The notes below the pieces were generated by a model. The model had not been told where the DNA came from. It ran no database searches and worked only from the letters and a program-made list of their open reading frames with translations. Positions 11,400-35,800 of a DNA stretch of 64,000 bases are shown one piece after another. The stretch comes from Camelus ferus (lineage: Eukaryota). How positions within the stretch are numbered: position 1 is the first letter of the stretch; each line of letters starts with the position of its first letter. The stretch is from NCBI RefSeq assembly GCF_009834535.1, contig NC_045704.1, positions 9,486,001 to 9,550,000 on the forward strand, given 5' to 3'. The translations under genes were made by a program, and so were the position numbers.

Positions 11400-11760
11400 C
11401 CCCGCCCAGACCCGGCTTCTGTGCGTAAGCCCCGCCCGTTGTCCTGGCAACAGGCCGTTGCCGGGGCAACCAGCGTTGCCTTCACCCCGCCCTAGCGGAG
11501 CCAGCAGTTGCTCTGGGCAACCTGGTGCACTGGTTCCCACGCCCGCCTTCGCCCACTTCCGGTTCAAGCCCTGGGGAAGGGCCGAGAAGGGGCAGAAATG
11601 AGCGGAATTGGATTCCTGGGGGGCCTTGGAGGGAGGGGGCGTCGCTTTGGGATGGAACTAGCTCCCGGAATTCACTCCCAGCCCCCGCCCTCTGTCGCAG
11701 AAAGAAACTACAGCCCCCAGCATGCCTCGCGGCGTCTGGCCATGTCCTGTACAACCAGCT
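11400..11760. promoter_or_regulatory. CpG island in SYT5 intron 1 with three RFX X-boxes, an ETS motif and a ZNF143-like motif (candidate alternative promoter)
   Basis: GTTGTCCTGGCAAC 11438-11451, GTTGCCGGGGCAAC 11457-11470, GTTGCTCTGGGCAAC 11507-11521, ACTTCCGG 11555-11562 and ACTACAGCCCCCAGCATGC at about 11707-11725. Confidence 0.65.
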
Positions 11761-11886
11761 GCCCAGGGTGCCGATGGGAGTTGGAGTTCTTTGTTGTTCA
11801 GAGAGCTCAATGGGTGCATGGGGTGGGTGTTGGGGTGCTAGGGCGCTTGGGTGCCTCCGCAGAAAGAACCATAAGACCCCGCCGCC

Positions 11887-16778
<4,892 letters not shown>

Positions 16779-17113
16779 TCCCCACCCTCAAGCCCTGACC
16801 CCAGACTCCTGGCCCAAACCACGCCCATGCGCACATTTAAGCCTTCTCTGAACGCTAACACCCCCACCCATTCCTGCCTTCTCCCCCTCCATTACTCCAA
16901 TCATGATAACTTGCCAACTCCCCAACCACGCAGAAGCCCCAGGGGCCCCTGGGGGAGGGGGGCAGTCTCCCCTCCCCGACTCCAGGGTCCCACCCTCTGC
17001 TTTGACAATCAGTGACCCCAGCCTACTATCCCCTTGACTCCCAATGCCCTTTTCCCTGCATAGGATCACCCACTCCTGGCCCCAGTCTGATCCCTGCACC
17101 ACTCCTGGGACCA

Positions 17114-17119
17114 AATAAA
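17114..17119 (+). terminator. SYT5 polyadenylation signal (AATAAA)
   Basis: Canonical hexamer about 335 nt after the stop. Confidence 0.8.
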
Positions 17120-18479
17120 TACTTAGCAACTTTGCTGGCCTGGCCCGGTGCTCCGTGTTGGGGGTGGGCAGGGGCATGGGCGGGGAACCCAAGAGGGAAC
17201 CTCCAGGGGTGAGTCCACACAAGGGCAGGGATAGAGCTGCCCATCCTGGAAACACACAGGGAACCCCACCCCCACCCCCTTCATCCATCTATCCTCTCAC
17301 CTACTCACTGTCCCATTCACTCCTTCATTTATTCATTCAGTCACTCCTCCAACCTTCGGTTTCCTCATCTGAAAAAATCATGGTAATAGGAATGCCTCCT
17401 GTATGTTTGCTGTGAGGAGTCAATGAGAACTCACTTACTTATTCATGACTTTATCTGCTCCCTCACCCATGATTCACATAGATTTTCCTACCCATATTTT
17501 CCCCTCCCTTCCTTCCTTTCTTCCTTGCATCATCCATCCATTCTGTATTCCCTGAGGTCTTCTGTGTACCAGCTTCTGTTGGATGCTGGGAACCCTAATA
17601 GATGCAAATTCAGACTTTACTTCCAAGCAACTTGCTCTCATCAAAGAAACAAAGTAGCTGTGCAAGATCTGGGAATGAAATCTCCAGAGAATGAGAGAAA
17701 GATTTACACAAGGAGAGACAGTGGTTGCAACTACGCCTCATTCTGCTTTCAACAAATTCTGTCAGTCTGTGTCTAGGAAAGATAGTTGTTTCACTGGTTT
17801 TTCCTCCATCTCATTCCAGACAGGTGGCAGACATAGGTCCATGAAATTTGGCAAGTGAGCTCTCAGAGCAGCAGGTTAAGTTTAAAATCAGCCAAAAAGT
17901 ACTCCCACGTTCTAAGGAAAGGCGCAGAGTACAAACTTATCCCCCTAGGCTTTCTAGTAGCCAGTGGGAAAGGGGAAATCAGATCAGTTACCTAGGTTGT
18001 GAGGCCCATGAGATTAAAAAAATTTTTTCTCCAAAGGAATGCAGTAATTTCTCATGTATGAGTGAGGGGACATCTTTATAAAGACAGTACTGTGTATTAT
18101 TACTATTACTGCTACTGCTTCTGATAATAATCCTCCAACAACCTCATGAAGTAGACACAATCATTATTCCCAGTTGACAAATGAGAAGGCTGTGCTTCAG
18201 GGAATTAACATGACCCGCTCAGGCTCCTACAGTCAGGAAGTCCTTGTCTAAATCCGGGGCTGAATCTGTTCTGAGTTAGATGATGGCATTGGCATCCCTG
18301 GTTCCATGGCTTAACAAGGTAAATGAGAAGTCTACAACCATTACAAACAGTGACCAGTTTGGAAGGAAATTAGTATGGGCCAAGATGATGTACAAAGGGT
18401 GGTCAGGGACAGCTTCCCTGAAGAGGTAGCACTTAGGCTGTGATCTGCATGACAAGAAGGCATGAGGATTGTAAAGATG

Positions 18480-19050
18480 AAGGGGAAATACAATGGCATA
18501 AAAAGAAATGACGTACTGATTCGTGCTATAGCATGATGACCCTTGAAAACACTTTTTTTCCTATCTTTATTTTAATTTTATTTTTAAAAGATCTGTTTAT
18601 TCTTTTTTCTTAATCTTTTTTTTTTTTGAGGGAGTAATTAGGTTTACTTATTTATTTGTTTGTTTTTAATGGAGGTACTGGGGATTGAACCCAGGACCTT
18701 GTGCATGCTAGGCGCATACTCTCACTGAGCTATGCCCTCCCCCACAAAAAACCCGCACGATTTTAAGTGAAAGAAACCAGACAAAAAAGACCACATATTA
18801 TATGAATTCATCTATATGAAATGTCTAGAATAGGCAAATCTATAGAGGGACAAAAGTTAATTAGTGTATTGAGGGACTAGGGAGAGGGAGAAATGGGGAG
18901 TGACTGATTAATAGGTATGAGGTCTTCTTATGCAGTGATGACACATTTCTGGAACTAGAGAGTAGTGATAGTTGCACAAGGCTGTGAATGTACCTAATGT
19001 CATTAATGGTAAACTTCATGTTGTGTGTATTTTATCACAATTTTTAAAAC
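18480..19050 (+). mobile_element. L1M 3' fragment interrupted by a camelid SINE
   Basis: AAGTGAAAGAAACCAGACAAAAAAGACCACATATT...GGAACTAGAGAGTAGTGATAGTTGCAC. Confidence 0.75.
18552..18743 (-). mobile_element. tRNA-Ala-derived camelid SINE (Vic-1 type)
   Basis: Minus strand GGGGAGGGCATAGCTCAGTGAGAGTATGCGCCTAGCATGCACAAGGTCCTGGGTTCAATCCCCAGTACCTCC, then an AT-rich body and A tail. Confidence 0.85.
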
Positions 19051-20289
19051 CCACAAAGATGAAGGGGAAGAAAATTCCAGGCAGGAGGAACCTCAAGTTC
19101 CTTGCAAAGGCCCTGGGGCAGGAACAGGCTTGATATATTCTCAAAAGAGCCAGAAGGCAGTGTAGCTGGAGGGAGGGTGGTACCGGATCGGGGTAGGGGG
19201 TTGGGGGATAGGGCATGATGTAAGAGACACAGCCAAGAGCCAGATCCCATGGGACCTGGGAGGTGGAATTATGGGGCTGGGATTGATCTATCTGCAGGGG
19301 GAAACCTCAGGAGGGTGTTAGAGGGGAGTGGCATGGTTTGGAGTACTTGTAAGATTACTCTGGCCCCTCCATGGAGAAGGCATTGCGGAGAGCGGTGGTG
19401 ATGGAGGTGACAAGCATTAAGCTTTGCTGGAGAAAGTCAGGATCTGGGGCTCTAATGGGCTGAGGCTGACTCAGGAGGAGCCACGGGTTGGCTGACTCAC
19501 TCCTGGAGGGACCGCTGAAATCTTAGCCTTCATTTCCTTTCCAGTGCCCAGAACTGTCCTCAGAAGGCAGATGGAACTGCTTTCAATCTGCCACACTCCT
19601 GCCAGCTGCATGAGCCCAGTCCCATTTCACAGAGCAGGAAACAGGCACAGATGGTGTGACTGACTTGTCTAAGTTCATGCAGCTGGATGAGGAGAGGAGG
19701 CAGAGGACCAAGGCTCTGTGGATTCTGTGCCCTGGGCTGGGCACTAGGGTTTTTCTGGAGATGTATCTTACTTGAGTCCCTGTCCTTGTGGCACTCACAG
19801 ACAAGTTAAGTCACCTGGCCGTGGCCTCTCAGCCAGCAAGTGACAGAACAAGGTGTAAGCCCAGCCATGTCTGTCTGGCACCCAAAGCCACATTCTCTAG
19901 CTCCTTGACCCGGAATATAAAGTAGTGGGAGTCACAGGGTAGACAGCAGTGTGGCCTTCTGCTGGGAAGGCAAGAGCAGAACTCTGAGGAAGATCCCCAG
20001 CTAGTAAAGTATAATAAAATAGGAAGTGATGAGTTTTGAGTATAATTACATTTATTTTAATGCAATTATTTAATTGGAATTTTTAGTAATTAATTTAGTA
20101 AAAAGTTTAATTTTTAGTCATGATTGTGTGTAACAATAGGTCACAAAATTCCTAAAAATTTAACAACCAGCTAGCACTTGGCTGTATGTCCCACCTGGTG
20201 AGAAGCCCTGTCTGGTAGAGCCAGGATGTGAGGGGTCTGTTCTGTTCTGTCTAAATTGGACTGCCCCAGGCTCTGCCCCAGTCTCTTCT

Positions 20290-20584
20290 GGATCCGCCCC
20301 TTCTGTTCCAGCGCCGTCGTCATGACAACCGCGTCCACACGCCCTCCTCTTTCACAAACCTGGTACGTCCCTCAGTCTTCCCATTGGCCAAAAGTTCGTA
20401 GCTGGCAGGTCTCGCTCGCTCTCATTGGTCAGTTGATAGCGGCGGTGCCAACCTGCACACTCCCATTGGCCTATTGATCGGAAAGGGCGGGGACTACGGG
20501 CAGCCGTTATATAGGGGCGTGGGACAGCAGCGCAGCTCCGAGCAAGGAGGGAGGGGGCGTCTCGGGTTATCTGGAAGGATAAAG
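20290..20584 (+). promoter_or_regulatory. DNAAF3 promoter and non-coding exon 1
   Basis: X-box GTCGTCATGACAAC 20316-20329; ATTGG boxes at 20383, 20424 and 20465; a GC box; TTATATAG; donor AAG|GTGAGG at 20584/20585; acceptor CAG at 20693-20695. Confidence 0.7.
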
Positions 20585-20663
20585 GTGAGGGGGTGTCACA
20601 CGGAAGAAAGGGGCGAGAAGTCAGCGGAGGTGAGAGGGGAATGGGTGGGCGATGCAGACTTGA

Positions 20664-25657
<4,994 letters not shown>

Positions 25658-26112
25658 GTCCTGGTCCCGCCCCTTGGGGCAACCAACCCGCCCTCTGAGG
25701 ACCTGACCCAGCCCCTCGAAGGCCGGGTCCCACCCTCGGAAACCCTCAACCTGCCCTCAGAGTCTCAGGCTTCATCCTCAGAGGCTTTGGCTCCACCTAC
25801 AAGGAGTCAGTTCCACATTTCTAATCTCTAAAGTCAGATTCTAGAATTAGAACCCGCCTCTAGAATATGCAACTTCACTTTCAACATTCTCACTCAGCCC
25901 CAGAGGTGTCGCCAGAATTTCAGGCTCCATCCTTGGGATTCTATATTTTATCCTTAGAATTCTAGATTGTTCTCCGAGTTCTACATTCCACTCCTGAGAC
26001 TAAACGCAGGCTGGAGGTCCCCTAGGGCTTGGGCCTTTTGCTTGTCCCCTTGTCGCCAGGTATCCCATTCCTAACCAGGGGCTAGGAGTGTCTCCTTTTG
26101 CGGGGCTGGTCA

Positions 26113-26118
26113 AGTAAA
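26113..26118 (+). terminator. Probable non-canonical DNAAF3 poly(A) signal (AGTAAA)
   Basis: No AATAAA or ATTAAA seen between the stop and the TNNI3 promoter; AGTAAA is followed by a GT-rich downstream element. Confidence 0.45.
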
Positions 26119-26406
26119 GAGAGTCCTCTTCTCCTTGTGTCCGTGTGTCTTTCCTGCCTTCAGTCTGTCTCCAGGGGAGGGGCAGGAGTGGTCAAGAAAG
26201 GAGACCAGAGACCAGATTTCTGGGTTTCCAAATGGACTAGGGGTGAATTTCTCTGTGCTGCCTGCTGAGAACATAGGCACCCCACACCTAGATCCTCATA
26301 AATCAGAAAAATTTATCGATTGGCTAACAGGTTTGGGGCACTGAAACTGACCAAAGTTGGTGAGAAAGACAAAGTTCCAGCCCTCATGGAGATTGCAGTT
26401 TAGTGA

Positions 26407-26560
26407 GGGGGTGGGACCTAGACCCCTGGGTCTGATGTTGAAGGGGACTGGAGGCCCAGAATCCTGGGTCTGAGGGATGAGGGGCTGGGGATCCGGACTC
26501 TTGGGTCTGAGGGAGGGGAGTTTGGGGGTCTAGACTCCTGGGTTGGTGGGAGGGGGGGCT
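26407..26560 (+). repeat. MSR1-like minisatellite (about 37-bp units) upstream of the TNNI3 promoter
   Basis: About 3.5 units of GGGTCTGAGGGAGGAGGGGCTGGGG(N)CTGGACTCCT. Confidence 0.8.
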
Positions 26561-26604
26561 AAATTCTCAGGCCACCAAGGTGGAGGGGTGAGCCAGCTGG
26601 AGCA

Positions 26605-26710
26605 CAGCCCGCCCCACCCCTCACGCGCCCCGTTATCTCGAATCATGGGCAAGGGGGAGGAGGGGGCAGCAGTATATTTAGTCTCTGTCCTCGCCCTTTA
26701 TCTCAGTGTC
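26605..26710 (+). promoter_or_regulatory. Cardiac troponin I proximal promoter (CACC box, two GATA sites, A/T-rich MEF2/TATA-like element)
   Basis: GCCCCACCCC 26611-26620, TTATCT 26633-26638 and 26698-26703, TATATTTAG 26673-26681; the 5' UTR resembles the human one from about 26705. Confidence 0.8.
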
Positions 26711-26850
26711 CTCAGTGAAGCTTGAGCAGACCGGACAAGACGGAAGTCCCAGGGGCCTTCAAGGTCAGCCGGACGCCCCCACACCGACCTTCCAAGAAGA
26801 GCCCCTTACCCCCTTCTCTGCGTCCCCCAACTCTTGCCCTGAGACCCAGC

Positions 26851-29980
<3,130 letters not shown>

Positions 29981-30033
29981 GCTAGCCTATGCATGGCCCT
30001 GGCCCCGGCCCTGGCCCTGACATGGCCCTGAGG

Positions 30034-30039
30034 AATAAA
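30034..30039 (+). terminator. TNNI3 polyadenylation signal (AATAAA)
   Basis: Canonical hexamer about 54 nt after the stop. Confidence 0.9.
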
Positions 30040-30229
30040 GCTTCTCTCTGAGCTGGGAGTGGCTGTGTGTCTACCCTCTGGTGGGCTTAGGTGTGAGAGA
30101 GGCAGAACTGAGGGCAGGGCTCCCCAAAGCCACACGGCACAGCAGGATCAGAGCTGGCTCTCCAATATGGGGCGTTCTCAGCTCCTCTGCTCCACTTGCG
30201 GGTGCACAGAGGTGCCGAGACCAAGGCCC

Positions 30230-31110
30230 AAGTCAGACAGACACACGGAGGGACAGACAGACTGGGTCAGAGACACAGGGAGAGAGAGCCAGCCAGAGAC
30301 AGAGATTCATAGAAAGAAGTTGACAGAAAGGGAAAGCAGAGCAACAGATACACACAGCCAAGCCCAGTGATGCCCTCGCCTTGGGAGAGGCAGAAGCGAG
30401 GACCCACAGAGGGAGGACCACAGAGACATAAAGAGACCCCCCCCACCGAAAAAACGAGCTAGAAAGGTAGAGACAGACACAGAGCTAAAGACAGACAGAA
30501 ACCAGGTCACAGACCAGGAGACACAGACATCAAAAGACAGACAAACAGCAGCAGATACGCAGAGACATCCACAGAAATGCAGAGAGAGGAAGGAGGGGAG
30601 AGACATGCAGAGTGAAGAAGTCAGAGACACAGAGATACAGAGAGAGGCCAAAGAGAGCCCCTAAGCCGGCCATGGAGAAATGCAGAGAAATGGAAACAGA
30701 GAGCCAGAGCCAGAGCCACTGAGAAGGGTGAGGAATCCCCTAGAGTTCAAGGTCGTGGCTTGGCTGGGAAGGGGGAGGGGATACCAAAAAAGATCAGTGT
30801 CAGATGGAGGTGGGGGATGTGAGGTCCTGTGGGCCTGACACCCCCTCCCCCTCCCCCAACACACACCTGTTTCCCTGCTTTAGCGCCTGTTGTCACCAGG
30901 GTGGAATCCTGGTGGCAGACAAAGAGATGGGGGTGGGGAGGGCTGTGCAGGGTGATGGACAGACAGAGTGCGGAGGCTGAGAAGCGGAGACAGACACACA
31001 GAGAAACAGATGGAGAGTCACAGAGACAAAGGAGAGACAGACAGAAACGGGGTATGGGAGGTGGAGGCCAGGAGAGACCCAGAGAAAGACATGAGACCAG
31101 TGGAGAGAAA
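30230..31110. repeat. Purine-rich GAGA/GACA low-complexity tract between TNNI3 and TNNT1
   Basis: Repeated AGAGAC/ACAGAG motifs with strong strand asymmetry. Confidence 0.7.
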
Positions 31111-31399
31111 TCGTCCCTTGTACCCCTGTCATCAAAAAGCATTCCCCAGGGACATACTGTGTGCCGAGCCTGGGGGCTTCGGAGCAGAGTGTGCTGCCTG
31201 CTTTGTGAGCTGGGGAGCCTGAGGGTGGTCTGGCCCAGCCCACAATTCCTGAGAAATGCTTTTGGGGTGAGGGAGAGAGGACTTGGAGCAGCTAGGAGGT
31301 GCCTGGGTCCCGAACTTGGAGCCAGAGTGGGGGCAGGGCATTCTTGGAGCCGGGCTGAGTGTTTGAGGAAAGGAATTCTCTCCCCAACCCTCTCCCAGT

Positions 31400-31501
31400 C
31401 ATCAGAGGCGGGGCCGAGCCTCCGGCTATAAAACGGGGTGCTCCAGCCTGCCCGGCAATACTCAGCCCTACCAGCCTACACCTCTGCTGACCCAGCCTCA
31501 G
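31400..31501 (+). promoter_or_regulatory. TNNT1 promoter (GC box, TATA) and non-coding exon 1
   Basis: GGCGGGG at about 31407, TATAAAA 31427-31433, donor CAG|GTAACC at 31501/31502. Confidence 0.75.
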
Positions 31502-32612
31502 GTAACCAGCCCTGCTGTCTCTTTGGGGAGGGGGCAGAGGGTGGGAGATGTGAGACGTGTGAAGAGGTAACCAGGCAGAGGGGGCATGAAAAACGAAGGT
31601 CTGGGAATTTAAGCGGGTCAGGCTTCAGGGGAACTGGGGATGGAGGGAAATGTTTTAGGATTGGGTGGTTATACAATTTGGGGGTGCCAAAATATATCAT
31701 CTTGGGACCTCAGAGGTCTGAGTTGGAAGGAATCTCAGAAATTGGGAGTCTCATGGCAGTCTTGGATGGCAGACAGTTTGGGTGTCAAGACTGGGATGGG
31801 GGTGGCATTTCTCAGAATCTTGGAATTTAGGAATTGAGGTCTCAGGATCTCAGGTCTTAGGACTGGAGGGACCAGAATTTGTAGTGTCATATTTTTGGGT
31901 ATCATAAATCAGGCCCCTGAGTTTGGGCACCCAGATTTTGGGGTCTTGTGATCTTGAAGCTTCAGAATTTGGGGTGTCAAGACCTAGGGGTCAATATTTT
32001 AGGGTGTCTGGGTCCATCATCTGGGGTAGCAGTTGGGGGTCTCAGTCTGAAGATATGAGGTTTTCAGAATGGTTTTCAGAATTCATAAATTGGGGTCTGT
32101 GTGTATTGGGATTTGGGGGGACTCTCTTAACCTGGGCACCTTGGGGATCTCAGAGATTGGGGGTCTAAGTATTTAGGGGTCAGTATGAGGTCTGTTGCAA
32201 AGCTGCTCTTGATGTGACCTGTCCCCTCCATGGCAATGTGGTGAAGGTGAAAGGAGGGGACAGGTGGGCAGATAAGCAGCCAAAGGGGAGGGGGGTCTGG
32301 GGGTGGGAGTGGGGAGGGGGTGTGATTCATTCTCCCAGAAACCTCCCCCCTCCTCGAATGCTTCTCAGGAGATGTCCTCAGTTTCACCCTCTACGACATC
32401 CCCCCTGAAATAGATCCTGGGGGTGGAGCAGCTATTGTCTTCAGGACACTGCCTTCCCAAATGCCTTCTCCTAATCCCGACTCAGATCAGGTTCCTATGG
32501 ACTTGTCATAAGACAAAGGAGGACAGCTGTGCTGCGGGGGTGGGGGCTGCAGCCTTGGAGCTTTGCCGGGACCACACCTCCCAACGCCCTGTCTTCACCG
32601 GAGGTTTAGGGG

Positions 32613-32747
32613 NNNNNNNNNNNNNNNNNNNNNNNNNNNNNNNNNNNNNNNNNNNNNNNNNNNNNNNNNNNNNNNNNNNNNNNNNNNNNNNNNNNNNNNN
32701 NNNNNNNNNNNNNNNNNNNNNNNNNNNNNNNNNNNNNNNNNNNNNNN
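32613..32747. other. Assembly gap (N run)
   Basis: 135 N flanked by MSR1-like sequence. Confidence 1.
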
Positions 32748-32835
32748 CTCCTCCTCCCTCACACCCAGTGGTCCAGCCTTCCAGCCCCTTCCTCCCTCAG
32801 ACCCAGGCGTCCGGCCCCAGTCCCTCCTCCCTCTG
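32748..32835 (-). repeat. MSR1-like units adjoining an assembly gap in TNNT1 intron 1
   Basis: CTCCTCCTCCCTCACACCCAGTGGTCCAGCC...CCTCCCTCAGACCCAGGCGTCCGGCCCC. Confidence 0.75.
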
Positions 32836-32884
32836 GCCCCCACCTCATTCTGCCTGTTCTCTGCGGCGCATAGGTCACACCAAG

Positions 32885-35800
32885 ATGTCGGACGCCGAAG
32901 AGCAGGAATATGAAGAGTGAGTGATGCTGCCGGGAGGGCTGGGGGCTTGGAGCGGTGGAGACATGTCTCACCTCCAACGCGCCTAACTCTCCTCCTCCCT
33001 CTTTCCTTCCCACCCGGGTCTTCAGGGAGCAGCCTGAAGGTGAGTGGAGTGTGGGCTGGCCTTGGGGGGCTTGGGGACACCTTGGTGCATCTTAGCCCAC
33101 CCGACCGATGCCCACCGTCCCGGTCCGTACAGCCAACGGGAAGAGCTCACTGAGCGCACATGCAGCTGAGACCCAGGGGGGTTCCCCGGCCCAGCTGACT
33201 GGAACCCGAGCCCGGGTCTCTACCCACTCACCCACTCTGTTCCCTCATCTGAAGGCCCTGTCGCCCCCGACCCCCTGGGCTCCTAACGGCTCCTCTTCTC
33301 TCCCCCACCCCTTCCAGAAGAGGAAGCTGCTGAGGAGGAGGAAGGTGAGGCCCTGGACTCCGCAGGTCTGGAGCTGGAGACGGGGCTCGGGGGCTGGGTG
33401 GGGTGGGAACGCTGGTCCAGGGTGCCTGCTGGGCGGAGGACGGGGCTCCCCACAACCTCGGCCTCAGTTCCTTTAACAGCCTCTCCCTCTCTCCCCTCTC
33501 TCCCCCTCCTGCATCCGGGCATGGCCGCTCCCCTCCCCTGGCTCCCCAAATCCCCGCTTCTCCTCCTGCCCCCTCCCCAGCCCCCGAGGAGCCGGAGCCG
33601 GTGGCAGAGCGAGGTAACCGCGGCTGCTTCGCTTCCTGAGAGCGATTTCGCGGGCCCTCGGGGCCCTGATCTCGACGTTGACTCCCTGCGCATCCCTGTA
33701 ACCCGCCCCAGGCCCGGTCCTTTAAGCCCTGGAGAGCTCGCGCGCCCTCTGGTGGCCATGAAGGGAAATAGCCTCGTAGAGGCTTTAACCCGTTCCCTTC
33801 CTTCTTAAAGAGACCGACACCCAAACCTTCTTCCCCAGACTGGAGGAATACTTATAGAAGGGTTGGATGTTTGCGGAGAGGCACCCCTCCCCCTTCTCAT
33901 CTTCGCCTGTCTGTTATTTTTCTCCTCCATATACATTCAAAGCTTGGGGCCTGAGGTGCAGAAGGGTCTAGCAGTGGGAGTCTGGATTCTTGTGTTCCTA
34001 ATGGGGACGGGGACACAACTGCTAGGTCAGCGAGTGAAGAGAGGGCTTGGGGCGTCCCTGCACTGCTAGGTCTTGATGGAGGAGGGCAGGAGCTCTGGAT
34101 GCGGAGAAGGAAAAGCTAGGGGTTTGGACGCCTGGGTTCCCAGAGAAATGGGAGGGGATCCCCATACCAGTTCTGAATGTATATCTGATGCGTGTGACCC
34201 TCCCCCTCCTTTATGGCCACCCTGACTTCCCTTATCCTCTTTTATCCCCTCACCTCACCCCTCCCCCTGAGCTGCAAGAGAAGGGAACTGGGCTTTGGGG
34301 ACCAAGGCTTGGGTGGGGGTTGGTTTCTTCTCATATGAGTGTGTCACACCCACCCCCATGAACTCTTGCTAATTATCTCTTTGTATTCCTCTACCAGAAG
34401 AGGAGCGCCCCAAACCAAGGTGAGATCCTAGGGGAGTGGGGGCCTCAATTATGTCATCCTAAATATATCCCCCAGTTCCAGGGACAGGATGCAAAAAAGG
34501 CAGAGAAGGAAAGTGGAGACATGGAAACAGGCAATAGGACAGTGATTCCTTCTTTCAGCAAACATTTCCAGAGAACTTCCCACTGTTTGGCGAGTCAGAC
34601 CCTGGCTGCCCTGTTGGTGAAACAGACCCAGATACAGCAATGGTAGCACAGAAGAGGACCCTAGGCAATCACGAAGGCTTCCCAGGGGAGGTGATGCCTG
34701 AGTCCTGAGGGACAAGGTGTTTGCTAGCTGAAGGAGAGAGACTGTAGACCAGGAAGTGGTGTGGCATGCACAAAGTCTGGTGGCTTGGGTCTAAGCCAGT
34801 CTTTCAGGGAACAGGTGCAGACACAGGTCATTCTGATGAGGAGGATCACAAACTGGGCAGACCGGTGGAGGCTATAAGAGCTCATGGAGTGGGGAGAAGA
34901 GCCCCGGAGGAGATGACATTGGGGCCAAAGCTTGGAGATGCAAGGAGGCAGCAATCCAAGCATGAGAGGCAGAAATTCTATGGACCTGGGTGGACAGCAG
35001 TGTGAATTTCACTGTGCCTAGGGGGATGGGACCTAGGAAGCCAGGGCACTGAGGAGCCTTGAAAGGGTTTTGAACAGAGGAGGCAGAGGGTCAGACCCAG
35101 CTGAGAGAGCACATGCGTACCTCGGCATCAAGGGAAGACCTCAGGGGGTGGAGAATATCAAGGGAGAGGCATGGCAGGCAGAGAGAAGAGCATGTGCAAA
35201 GGCCCAGGGGCATGAAGGCACATGACATGGCCAGGGAAGCTTGAAATGTGGTGTGTGTCTGTGTGCGAAGAGAGAAGACACTGGAGAAGCTGGCTGGGGC
35301 CAGATGGAGAACGGCTCTGAATGCCAGGCTGAGTTGATTGGACTTTGTCTTAAGGGTTAGATCTGGGTGTTAGAAAGGCCCTCTGGAGTCCTGAAGGAAG
35401 ATGAACCAAAGGTGGACAGCTGGAGGCTGGGAGGCCAGGGAGGAGGCTGGCATGAAGGTTCAGGTGAGAGGGCAGATCAGCTCAGCTGGGGCACAGTGTG
35501 TCCGAAAGCAGAAAATGTCTGTTAACTTAAGTCTGGGGTTTAGGAGAGAGTCTGGGGTGGAGATAGAGTTGATGAATCCCCAGTAATGGATGATAGTCAA
35601 TGTCATAAGAGTGAATGACATTAATCCCAAGAGTATCCTATGAATGAATCAAAGGGCAAAACTCTCATCAGGGGACAAGGAGACAGCGATGGGACAGCCG
35701 GAGATATAGGAAGAGAATCAGGAGAAGGTGCTGTGTCTTAGAAACCAAAGAGAGAGAAAATACGGGCATGGAAGTGCTTTGGGTAGGAAATCAAGGAGAG

